Source: Macrostomum hystrix (taxonomy: Eukaryota > Animalia > Platyhelminthes). Taken from it: DNA of 64,000 bases. Where the stretch lies: NCBI GenBank assembly GCA_950097015.1, contig CATNEN010000005.1:434001-498000 (forward strand). Direction: 5' to 3'. Positions 1 through 10,675 of this stretch are shown one piece after another. The position numbers were made by a program, and so were the translations under genes. Below the pieces are notes generated by a model that saw nothing but the letters and a program-made list of their open reading frames with translations, was not told where the DNA came from and made no database searches. Numbering within the stretch: the stretch's first letter is position 1; every line of letters starts with the position of its first letter.

Positions 1-1871
1 GCCGTCTCGCTGCTCCGGCCTCACTGCCGGACTCATCCAGGCCCTGCTGCGATTAGCTGGCCAGGATAATCAGCTGTGGCGCGAGGCCGATTTGGTAAGA
101 AGCAAACTAGCGCTTCTAATGTACATCATTTTCTGAACAACCACCTCATCAGTCCGAATGTACATTCCTTCCTAACCAACCACAAACCTGCTCGAATGTA
201 CATCCTTTACTGAACAACCACCTCATCAGTCCGAATGTACATTCCTTCCTAACCAACCACAAACCTGCTCGAATGTACATCCTTTTCTGAGTACTTACCT
301 CACCATCCGGAATGTACATACTTTCCTGACCAATAAGTGTGAATGCATGTTTCTCACCAAACAACCCCCGAGTGTACATCCCTTCAACTAACAACATAAA
401 TTTTACTGTCTGAAATGCGTAACCAATGTATAACGCATTAATCCGACTGCACATTCGAGCTCGACTGAAAACTATAAGTACAATTTTGTTGCCAGATTCG
501 TCGCGCCTGTTTCTCAGTACTATCTAACGCCGCCCTGACTAGTTCTGAGCTTCGTTCTAGCCTAGTTAAAAGCCGTTTTCTTGATCGCTTCTACACTCTA
601 CCCTCTGGCGAACAGCAGCTGTCTAAGGCAGCAAAATCGGCCGCCGCTGATTGGCTGCGACTTCTAGCCAATCTGAGCGTCTCCCCTGAAGGTCAAGTGG
701 CGCTATTGAGCCAGCCGGCCTGTCTACAGAAACTGTGCGAGCTGGCAACGACTAACGATTTGAGGCGACAGGTGTCTACTTACGTGCTTTTGTTCTTAGT
801 ATACATATCATGAATCATTTTTTAATATCTACAAACCTCATCTGGGTCACAAACCCAGCCTCAGCTAGGACACCACCCCATCCTCAGCTAGCACACCACT
901 CCATCCTCAGCTAGCACACCACCCCATCCTCAGCTAGCACACCACCCCATTCTCAGCTAGCACACCACCCCATCCTCAGCTAGCACACCACCCCATCCTC
1001 AGCTAGCACACCACCCCATCCTCAGCTAGCACACCACCCCATCCTCAGCTAGCACACCACCCCATCCTCAGCTAGCACACCACCCCATCCTCAGCTAGCA
1101 CACCACCCCATCCTCAGCTAGCACACCACCCATCCTCAGCTAGCACACCACCCCATCCTCAGCTAGCACACCACCCCATCCTCAGCTAGCACACCACCCC
1201 ATCCTCAGCTAGCACACCACCCCATCCTCAGCTAGCACACCACCCATCCTCAGCTAGCACACCACCCCATCCTCAGCTAGCACACCACCCCATCCTCAGC
1301 TAGCACACCACCCCATCCTCAGCTAGCACACCACCCCATCCTCAGCTAGCACCCCACCCCATCCTCAGCTAGCACACCACCCCATTGTGTCCCGCAGTGC
1401 CGCGCCCTGCTATGCCTGCGCAACTTGGCCTGCCACCCCGGCTTGCGCATGCGCATCCTGGCCTGTCAGCAGCAGCTCACCGACTGCCTGCAATCGGCTC
1501 TGCAGGCCTGCCAGCGTCTGTTGCGTAATCAACGCCAGCCCAACAGGCCTAAGCTTCGTTCCGTTCAGCAACAACAGCAGCAGCAGCCCGTCAGTTTACG
1601 ATCATCAACTAGCCAAGCCGCTGCTCGCGAGACTCGAGTCCTGGCCCTCACAGTGTCCCTGCTCCGATCGCTGATGCACGCCAATCAGCGAGCTCGCGCA
1701 CAGTTGCGCAATGTTGCCGGCCTAAAAGAAACCCTGGCTAGCATTTTCGAGACACTGCTTGCCTCTGTGTCAGTTTCAACAGGCCATCAGCTGCTAGATG
1801 GCTTATCGCCGGAGGAAGCCGCTATTCTGATGCGAGATCTAAAACTGGCACTGGCCGCATTGCAGCCGTAG
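1..1871 (+). CDS. RTTN: Rotatin (Ana3) C-terminal exons, 5' end outside window; exons <2-94, 496-771, 1398-1871
   Basis: GT-AG introns 95-495 and 772-1397 keep frame. The spliced translation ACFSVLSNAAL...WLRLLANLSVSPEGQVALLSQPACLQKLCEL...LLCLRNLACHP...SLMHANQRARAQLR parallels the remembered rotatin C-terminus (FMILSNLAL...[31 protein letters not shown]...ALIYNYQKAKTALK). AATAAA at 1943-1948. Confidence 0.8.
118..400. repeat. Intronic tandem repeat, ~77-bp unit built of two GAATGTACAT-led subunits
   Basis: AATGTAC recurs at 118, 195 and 272, then decays; RTTN intron. Confidence 0.8.
858..1385. repeat. 23-bp minisatellite CCTCAGCTAGCACACCACCCCAT
   Basis: Near-perfect tandem copies fill the RTTN intron and end about 10 nt before the acceptor. 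Confidence 0.97.
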
Positions 1872-2911
1872 AAATACTGCCTGCTCTCTTCTGAAATCTA
1901 TTGTATTTGATTGCGGTATTGTTAATGCCAAATTCGTTTTACAATAAATGGTGCTTCTTTCTAGCTTGTAACATTGCCAGCAGTTGTAGGAAAAACTGAC
2001 TTGACGCGCTGATTGGTCAGCGAGGGAGGGAGGTTGGGGGTTGGCTGAGGTTGGTGTGTACTTTGGTGTAGGTGGTGTATGCGGGGGCTGGATGTACAGG
2101 GTAACGTGGGTAGGGTTTTCTGGCGTAAGCCATCCTACTGCAACCAGCTTATTTATGCCTATTTCAATAAATTTTTACAAAGCACAAGTCCTTAAGCTGG
2201 ATTTTTCTTTAATTTAGACTTGCGTCATTCTTTTGTCAGTTTTTTTAATACTTAATTATTGCTATACTTTATTTTAAGCTTTGTATTTTATTTGATGAGC
2301 AAATTCAAATTCTTAAATTTCAGTGTTATAAATGCCGTCCATTTTTAGCTAGCGTTAACAAAAACATTTTTAATGCGTCTACGTGGCATCTTGTCAAAGT
2401 TGTCAAGCATTCAGTTGACCTGACTTCCTACCTGTTTCCTACTTTTATTTGGCTAATTATAAACTAAATGAACGACATGCTAGCAATCAGCTTTTTTTCG
2501 GCATGATACTGTTTACAGTGTGTTTGTCACAAATATTATCTATCTTTCCTCGCCTTAACTTCTTTGTCTTGCTTGTCTTTGCCGTACTTTAACACCTTCA
2601 GTCTTTGTCTTCCATGCACCAACTCTTTAAGTCTTCGTCTTCTATGCATCAGCTCTATCAGTCTTTGTTTTCCATGCATCAGCTCTTACAGTCTTTGTCT
2701 TCCATGCCACTTCTTTTTCTGTATTTATCTTCCACCAGCTCTAAGTCTTAGTCTTCCATCAAATCTTTCCTAAATCTACCAGTCTTTGTTTTGGTGTTTT
2801 GACCTGTCTATTTAGTCACCCTTTAGTCTAAAATTAAGATGGAAATCAATAATTTTTATTTTTCTTGTTACAGAGCATCGACTAAGATTGCTGCACATTA
2901 GTAACAAAGCA

Positions 2912-3511
2912 ATGGAAATTCCTCATCAATTTGTCACTATTCTTCGGCTCTGCTCAGAGCAATTTCCAATTGAACGTTTTCGTCGCTTATGCGAAGCCGC
3001 CTGCTACGTCGTGATGGCCGATAATAATGGCAGCAACAGGAGCAGCGGCGACAGGAAAGACGCCTCGTTGCCGTCTGATCCAGCCGAGAAGGAGCTGTGC
3101 TCTGTTCTCTGTGCTATTCTACTTGAAATCCTCAGCCGTAGCGGCGGCGGTGGCGCGGTGAGGATGCTTCTAGCCGGCATCGAAGAGCGCGGCGCCCTGC
3201 CAGCCGATTACCTGGCTGCGTTTTCTGAAACTGTCAACTCCGCCTGGCCTAATCTTGAGCGCTGCGCCTTGCTTATGTCCGTCGATTCTATGAGATCGAA
3301 AACGAATCACATTGTTGACACTCGATGGAGATTAGACTATGAGACTGGTTCCGCTAGTGAAGATTCGATTCGCTATCAGATTGGCCTGGTGACCGAGCGG
3401 CAGCCGGATGTGCTGTTTAGCTGCAGTCGGCACCAGCTGTTGAACCTGCTCAATCAGACTAGAGAAGCTCTAAGAGCTGTTGAATCTGCCGCTTCTGATT
3501 CTATTCGATAG
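2912..3511 (+). CDS. COMMD3: COMM domain protein, COMMD3-like (single coding exon, 199 aa)
   Basis: ATG at 2912 follows the acceptor TTTTCTTGTTACAG. The C-terminal HIVDTRWRLDYE...PDVLFSCSRHQLLNLLNQTREALRAVE matches the COMMD3 pattern HITDVSWRLEYQ...PEISFSCSMEQLQDLVGKLKDASKSLE. Confidence 0.78.
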   Translation: MEIPHQFVTILRLCSEQFPIERFRRLCEAACYVVMADNNGSNRSSGDRKDASLPSDPAEKELCSVLCAILLEILSRSGGGGAVRMLLAGIEERGALPADYLAAFSETVNSAWPNLERCALLMSVDSMRSKTNHIVDTRWRLDYETGSASEDSIRYQIGLVTERQPDVLFSCSRHQLLNLLNQTREALRAVESAASDSIR

Positions 3512-4014
3512 ATTGTCACTTTAGAATTGAGGCAGTTAAATTTTAGGACTCATTAAATATTTAATGTGCCCGTATTAGTCGATTGACAATTTATTTTGGC
3601 ATAATACTCGTACTATCGGATTTTTTATCAAAATCTTCTTGATTGTTTATTGATCAACTTGTTTTCCAGTATTCTAGTGTAAATCATGCAATACTTATCT
3701 TTGTTGCAAACAAATTCTAGGTTTTTTACAGTTCTGTGTCCTAAATAAAATTGGTGCTAAATTTTAACAAAGCTTTTGTGATTTTCTTAAAATATTATTG
3801 TAGTCGTATTTCTGCATTTTACATTTAATCTAACAAAGACATCGAGAGTTCTAATCCTTGACCCAGGTGTAAGTAATTTATTCGCCATTGCACTACAGCT
3901 ACATTAACATTACATCACTACAATTTAACACTACTGTCAAAATACTTTCAGATTTTTTAGGTTTAATCCATTTTTATTTTTACTTTATATGAAAAGAAGC
4001 AAACAAATATTAAC

Positions 4015-7000
4015 ATGGAACAAGTTGACATTGATATTATGCCAGCTGGCGATGCTAAAGGCTCATCTAATGGTCGTCGTTTGGCTCTGCTTAGCGTGAC
4101 TGACAAATCTGGCTTGGTAGATTTCGCGCGTCAGTTGGTGCATGCGCACAACTATGACTTGGTGTCGTCAGGTGGAACTGCCACTGTGCTGTCTGAAGCT
4201 GGCATACCTGTGCAAGAGGTAACTGCTTTTGTGAAATGATAACACGCTTAGGTAACCGCACTCGAGATTCTACGCTAGACTTCAAATGCAGAGTATGAAA
4301 CAAGTAGCTTCTACGGACTGCTCCGAAGGATTAGTTCCACAATTTTAACTAAAACCGCAGAATTAGTATAGTGAACTAGCAGTCATTTCCCCTTTTCTCA
4401 GTAGATTAACCAGCGATAAATTCTCTAAGAGTATGAAACAAGTAGCTTCTACTGACTGCTCCGAAGGACGAGTTCCACATTTTTAACTAAAACCTAAGAA
4501 TTAGTATAGTGAACTAGCAGTCATTTCCCCTTTTCTCAGTAAATTAACCAGCGATAAATTCTCTAAGAGTATGAAACAAGTAGCTTCTACTGACTGCTCC
4601 GAAGGATGAGTTCCACAATTTTAACTAAAACCTAAGAATTAGTATAGTGAACTAGCAGTCATTTCCCCTTTTCTCAGTAAATTAACCAGCGATAAATTCT
4701 CTAAGAGTATGAAACAAGTAGCTTCTACTGACTGCTCCGAAGGATGAGTTCCACAATTTTAACTAAAACCTCAGAATTAGTATAGTGAACTAGCAGATCA
4801 CTCCCCTTAATTTGTGTAAATTTAAGTAGCTATAAATTCCTCACCATTTACCCTCACCCACCAAATTAGTACAATAGATAGAGGACCAACGATTCTTTAA
4901 TCTGCACCCTACCATTGTCCCAGGTCAGCGATCTAACCGGCTATCCCGAAATGCTTGGCGGCCGCGTCAAAACACTTCACCCGGCTGTTCACGCCGGCAT
5001 TCTGGCTCGCGCCGACAATGCCAACGATTCCGCCGACATGGCCTCTCGCAACCTGCGCTTCATCGACATGGTCGTATGCAACCTGTACGCCTTCCAATCA
5101 CTGGTTGCTATGGGCGCTGAACCTAATCAGGCCATTGAGAGTGTCGACATTGGCGGCGTGGCTCTGCTGCGAGCGGCGGCTAAGAATCACCTACGCGTCA
5201 CTGTGGTCTGCCGACCGCAGGACTACGACGAGATTCTGGCCGACATGGCGGCCTCCGATAGTGGACACGTGGTCTCTCTGGCCACTCGCAAGCGGCTGGC
5301 TGTGCAAGCTTTCGCGCACACCTCTGATTACGATGCCGCTATTGCTGGCTACTTTGGTCGTGCGTATTTTGGCGAATTTCGCGACGTCAACTTTATTCCG
5401 TTGAGGTAATATTGATGAAATAACTATTTAAATTGATTAATCAATAGCTCGTGTAGTTACTGCGGTCTGTACGCCCCCCAGCCGACAATACTATTAACGT
5501 AAGGGTATTTCAAATACCCACTACCTACTACACGATACCTCCCTAACCGAATAACCGATTTTCGTGAAATTCCACTAAATGGCTCAAAATTTTCCGCAAA
5601 TTACGATGAGCGAACTTTCAAATTCGTCTGACGTCAGCATCGTCGTGATATTCAGCGATTCTTGTCGAAGACCCTATAACAAGGGCCAGGAAAATTGCTC
5701 TGTATGAACCTCAATGGAGAATCCATTTTAGTTCAATAAGAAATCAAACAATATAATATAAGTAATCGACGACATAGCTACATGATGAATCTGTAAGAGC
5801 TGGAATATTACGCATTTTCCCCGACTAGAATCGTTGTAATCTCAACGACGCCGATGCTTTGCAATTCTGGAATATGTTTGACTTGATGAAGCGGAGAATT
5901 CTAGACCGTGTTCCTGATTTTTAAGGCGATTGTTTGAATATATTTAAGTGGATACATATAACGGCATAGCTGGGGGGAAAGGACGCCCGCGCCCAGCCAA
6001 TCAGGTGGCGGCGCGGGGCACGCAGATCGGGGGTGGTAGGTACGGGGTGAAAGGCGAGACAAATGTCGAGCAGCCTCAACCGACACTTCTGCTTAAAAGC
6101 CTCAGGAGTTTAGGCATTCAAAATATCTTATTCAAAATATTATTTCATCCCTTGTCTTAACTCCCATCTCAGGTACGGTATGAATCCTCACCAGGTGCCG
6201 GCCAGCATCTCACATCCGTTGGGCCTACCGCTTCCCATCGTCATCCTGTGCGGCTCGCCAAGCTATGTCAACCTTTTGGACACGTTGAACGCCTGGCAAT
6301 TGGTTCAGGAGCTTCGCTCGGCTCTGTCGGCACCCGCTGCCGCATCGTTTAAGCACGTCTCGCCAGCCGGCGCTGCCATTGGTGAGATTTTAGTTTATAT
6401 AATGTCTTGTATATCTGGCAACGAGAAGGCAGCGTCTTAATCTTAATAAGCTACCCAGTATAGAAATCTTGTATGGAAGAAACATAGATTATATATTTTT
6501 CAACACATATCGGATGACGCAATAGCCTAATAGCTACTAAAAGTAGTGTTCTACACATTTCGGTGTCAAATTTTGCAGGAATTCCGCCAATTGACGCTGA
6601 AACAGCGGCCGCCTGCATGGTGGCCGACCTAGCCGCTGAGCTGACACCGCTGGCCATCGCCTACGCTCGCGCCCGCTCGGCCGACCGGATGTCGTCGTTC
6701 GGCGATTTTATCGCTCTATCGGACGAATGCGACCTGGCCACGGCCAGGGTGATCTCGCGCGAAGTCTCCGACGGCGTTGTGGCGCCCGGCTACTCGACCG
6801 AGGCGTTGGAATTGTTGCGCAAGAAGAAGGGAGGCAAATATCTGATCCTCACCATGGATCCCAATTATAGACCGGGTGAGCCGCACACTGCTGCTGCTGC
6901 TTCTGCAGCTGCTGCTGATGCTTTAAGGCTAGCCGAAGAGTGACTGATAAAAAAAGAGATAAAGAGTGAAATTGAAGAGAAAGGGGGAGATTGAAGAGAG

Positions 7001-7999
7001 AGGGGGGTAGATTGAAGAGAGAGGGGGTAGATTGAAGAGAGAGGGGGTAGATTAAAGAGAGAGGGTGTAGATTGAAGAGAGAGGGGGAGATTAAAGAGAG
7101 AGGGGGGTAGATTGAAGAGAGAGGGTGGTAGATTGAAGAGAGGGCTGATTGAAGAGAAGGGAAGATTCAACAGTGAGAGGGAAAGATTGAAGACCGGGGG
7201 GTAGATTAAATAGAGGGGAGGTAGTATAAGGAGACGAAATTGTATGCCGGAGAGACCATGAGATCAGGATCAAGCCAGCTGCAGAAAACGGCCAGGTTTG
7301 AGCACAAAAGTAGAGGATGAAAACTCAAAGCTGTAAACCAGGGGGTCACAGCTCGCTCCCGTCCAATCCGCAGCTCTCGACGAGTCGCGCATCGTCTACG
7401 GCCTCCGCCTGCAGCAGCGTCGCAACGATGCCCGCATCGATCCGGCCGAGATGTTCGCCGACATGCCGCCAGACGCCAAGCGAGACCTCACCGTGGCCAC
7501 CCTGGCAGCCAAGTACACTCAGTCGAACAGTGTCTGCTTGGCCAAGGACGGCCAGGTCATTGGCATCGGAGCCGGGCAGCAGTCTCGGGTCCACTGCACC
7601 CGACTGGCCTCCGGCAAGGCCGACAACTGGTGGCTTCGGCGGCACCCGCGAGCTGCCGAGCTGCGCTTCAAACGCGGCGTCAAACGGCCGGAGATTGCCA
7701 ACTATATTGACAGGTTCGTTGCCGACGAGCTTAGCCCCAGCGATGCCGAACTGCTGGAGGAGGCCACAGCTCCGTTGACCAACGAAGAGCGTCGAGCCTG
7801 GCTAGACAAGCTCGCCGGTGTCTGCCTGAGTTCGGACGCGTTCTTCCCATTTCGGGATAGCATCGATCGGGCTGTGAAATCCGGCGTGAGATTCGTATCG
7901 GCTCCGGGCGGTTCGGCCAATGACGCCGAAGTCATCGCCGCCTGTCAGGAGCACGGCGTCCAGATTGCGTTCTCCAACACTCGCCTGTTTCATCACTGA
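4015..7999 (+). CDS. ATIC: Bifunctional AICAR transformylase/IMP cyclohydrolase (PurH); exons 4015-4218, 4924-5405, 6173-6381, 6579-6875, 7374-7999 (605 aa)
   Basis: Motifs [31 protein letters not shown]-like [61 protein letters not shown] and terminal RLFHH. All four introns are GT-AG and phase-consistent. Confidence 0.97.
4291..4800. repeat. 138-bp tandem repeat (~3.7 copies) in ATIC intron 1
   Basis: GAGTATGAAACAAGTAGC at 4291, 4429, 4567 and 4705. Confidence 0.95.
6975..7215. repeat. Purine-rich ~20-bp minisatellite (GATTGAAGAGAGAGGGGGTA) in ATIC intron 4
   Basis: Direct tandem copies with variable G-run length. Confidence 0.85.
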
Positions 8000-8371
8000 C
8001 CGTCAGATTTCTAAGAAATCTAACAATATAAACAAATAATCTCCATCTCTAAGTCCATACCAGTGACTATACCAGTTCCAATTTATTGATTTTGTTAGTT
8101 GAAGCTTATAATAGCATTCAAAAATCATCCGAGTAATCTCAATACTTTTTTGTAGCAACTAATTGGTTAACAGCTTTTTGTTCCCCTCTGTCTGAGTCGC
8201 AATAAACATTTCTACTTTTTTCAATAATTGTTATATTTATATTATTTCTTGTTATCTCCATTACAATCACGCACCAACTATTGAAATAGACTAGCCAAGT
8301 TCATTAAATGAACCTATCTCTTGAAGTTGTATTTAATTGTTTTCATGCTTTTGTCATTCTTAAAACGGTAC

Positions 8372-9360
8372 TCATCTGATAAGCTGACACTTCAGTATCA
8401 ATGACTCATCTGATGAGCTGACACTTCAGTATCAATGACTCATCTGATGAGCTGACACTTCAGTATCAATGACTCATCTGATGAGCTGACACTTCAGTAT
8501 CAATGACTCATCTGATGAGCTGACACTTCAGTATCAATGACTCATCTGATGAGCTGACACTCCAGTATTAATGACTCATCTGATGACCTGACACTCCAGT
8601 ATCAATGACTCATCTGATGACCTGACACTTCGGTATCAATGACTCATCTGATGAGCTGACACTTCAGTATCAATGACTCATCTGATGAGCTGACACTTCA
8701 GTATTAATGACACATCTGATGAGCTGACACTCCAGTATCAATGACTCATCTGATGACCTGACACTTCAGTATTAATGACTCATCTGATGAGCTGACACTC
8801 CAGTATCAATGACTCATCTGATGACCTGACACTTCGGTATCAATGACTCATCTGATGAGCTGACACTTCAGTATTAATGACACATCTGATGAGCTGACAC
8901 TTCAGTATCAATGACTCATCTGATAAGCTGACACTTCAGTATCAATGACTCATCTGATGAGCTGACACTTCAGTATCAATGACTCATCTGATGAGCTGAC
9001 ACTTCAGTATCAATGACTCATCTGATGAGCTGACACTTCAGTATCAATGACTCATCTGATAAGCTGACACTTCAGTAACAATGACTCATCTGATGACCTG
9101 ACACTTCAGTATCAATGGCTCATCTGATGACTTGACACTTCAGTATCAGTGACTCATCTGATGACCTGACACTTCAGTATCAATGGCTCATCTGATGAGC
9201 TGACACTTCAGTAACAATGACTCATCTGATGAGCTGACACTTGAGTATCAATGACTCATCTGATAAGCTGACACTTGAGTATCAATGACTCATCTGATGA
9301 CCTGACACTTCAGTATCAATGACTCATCTGATGACCTGACACCTCAGTAACAATGACTCA
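8372..9360. repeat. 34-bp minisatellite GACTCATCTGATGAGCTGACACTTCAGTATCAAT
   Basis: About 29 tandem copies (34-nt period, e.g. 8403 and 8437) between the convergent ATIC and UBL7 3' ends. Confidence 0.97.
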
Positions 9361-10074
9361 TTATTAAATATATAACTGGATTGACAGATGTATTGATAAT
9401 GATTGATTTATTGATCAATCAATCGATAAAATGTGCGCAGAAATCTACTTGTATTATTGTAGCTCGACTAAAAGCAAATGAATTGTCGAAAACTTGGTAA
9501 CTAGACAAAGCGACAATATGGCACTTATTGTACGAGCTACATAAATACACTAATGCATAATCATTAGGCGTTAAAACAAATTTAATAAGTCGTTTTTCGA
9601 ATTATCTTCTTAAACAAAACAAAGCGTAGGAGAACAAGAAGATTAAAGTCTTCATGTTTTTTCTCGACAAAGTTTATTTATATCAGGTAAAAACAGAATC
9701 AAACAAGGTAGAAAATAACTTTAATAAAACAAAGCAATGACAGCACAACCACAACGGCTAAACTTTGTGCTTAAATGGTACAGTGGATTAAAGAAGGGAA
9801 GAAATAAAACCGACTTCTTTTAATAGTTATTTTCAAGCATTGAAACTAGCCCATAGGGAAGCGAACATAAATGTGAGTAGTAAATTAACTAGCAAAACAG
9901 AGACCCACAACAAAATAAGACTGGACAGGACGGCTAACCCTTGATATAGATATTTCTGGCTTGGAGTCAATACATAAATTGGAAGCTGCAATGCCATGGA
10001 TAATCCTCCATCGATTCAATTCTAAACCATCGTTCCCTTGTAGATTAATTCACTGTTAATCCACGGCAAATCTC

Positions 10075-10560
10075 TCATAATTCGCTGCTAATCTATCGCT
10101 AAAAATAATGATTCACTGATAATCCATGGATAATCCCTTAAAACTCGCTGCTAATCTATCGCAAAAAATATAGATTCACTAATAATCCATGGATAATCCC
10201 TTAAAACTCGCTGCTAATCTATCGCAAAAAATATAGATTCACTAATAATCCATGGATAATCCCTTAAAACTCGCTGCTAATCTATCGCTAAAAATATAGA
10301 TTCACTGATAATCCATGGATAATCCCTTAAAACTCGCTGCTAATCTATCGCTAAAAATATAGATTCACTGATAATCCATGGATAATCCCTTAAAACTCGC
10401 TGCTAATCTATCGCTAAAAATATAGATTCACTGATAATCCATGGATAATCCCTTAAAACTCGCTGCTAATCTATCGCTAAAAATATAGATTCACTGATAA
10501 TCCATGGATAATCCCTTAAAACGCGCTGCTAATCAATCGTTAAATGTTTAATCCATTTGC
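10075..10560. repeat. 63-bp tandem repeat downstream of the UBL7 stop codon
   Basis: TTAAAACTCGCTGCTAATCTATCGC recurs with a 63-nt period (10201, 10264, ...). Confidence 0.93.
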
Positions 10561-10675
10561 TACTAATCCACGGATAATACCCAAGACTCACTGCTAGGCT
10601 CGTTTTTCATCGTAATTAATCCCAATCTATTTATTACTAAACTAAGCATTCATTAGACTCGGTACATTTATTAGT

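Noticed and set aside
1985-2150. Possible MITE suggested by GTTGTAGGA...TCCTACTGCAAC ends
   Set aside because: The inverted match is short and gapped with no TSD; it may instead be a G-rich promoter or leader region.
4015-7999. Bacterial purH or horizontal transfer
   Set aside because: Four spliceosomal introns and a eukaryotic ATIC-type C-terminus (WWLRRHP...RLFHH).
8372-9360. Hammerhead ribozyme: CTGATGA followed by a small stem in each 34-bp unit
   Set aside because: The conserved GAAA after stem II is absent (ATCAAT instead), and no stem I/III with an NUH site can be formed.
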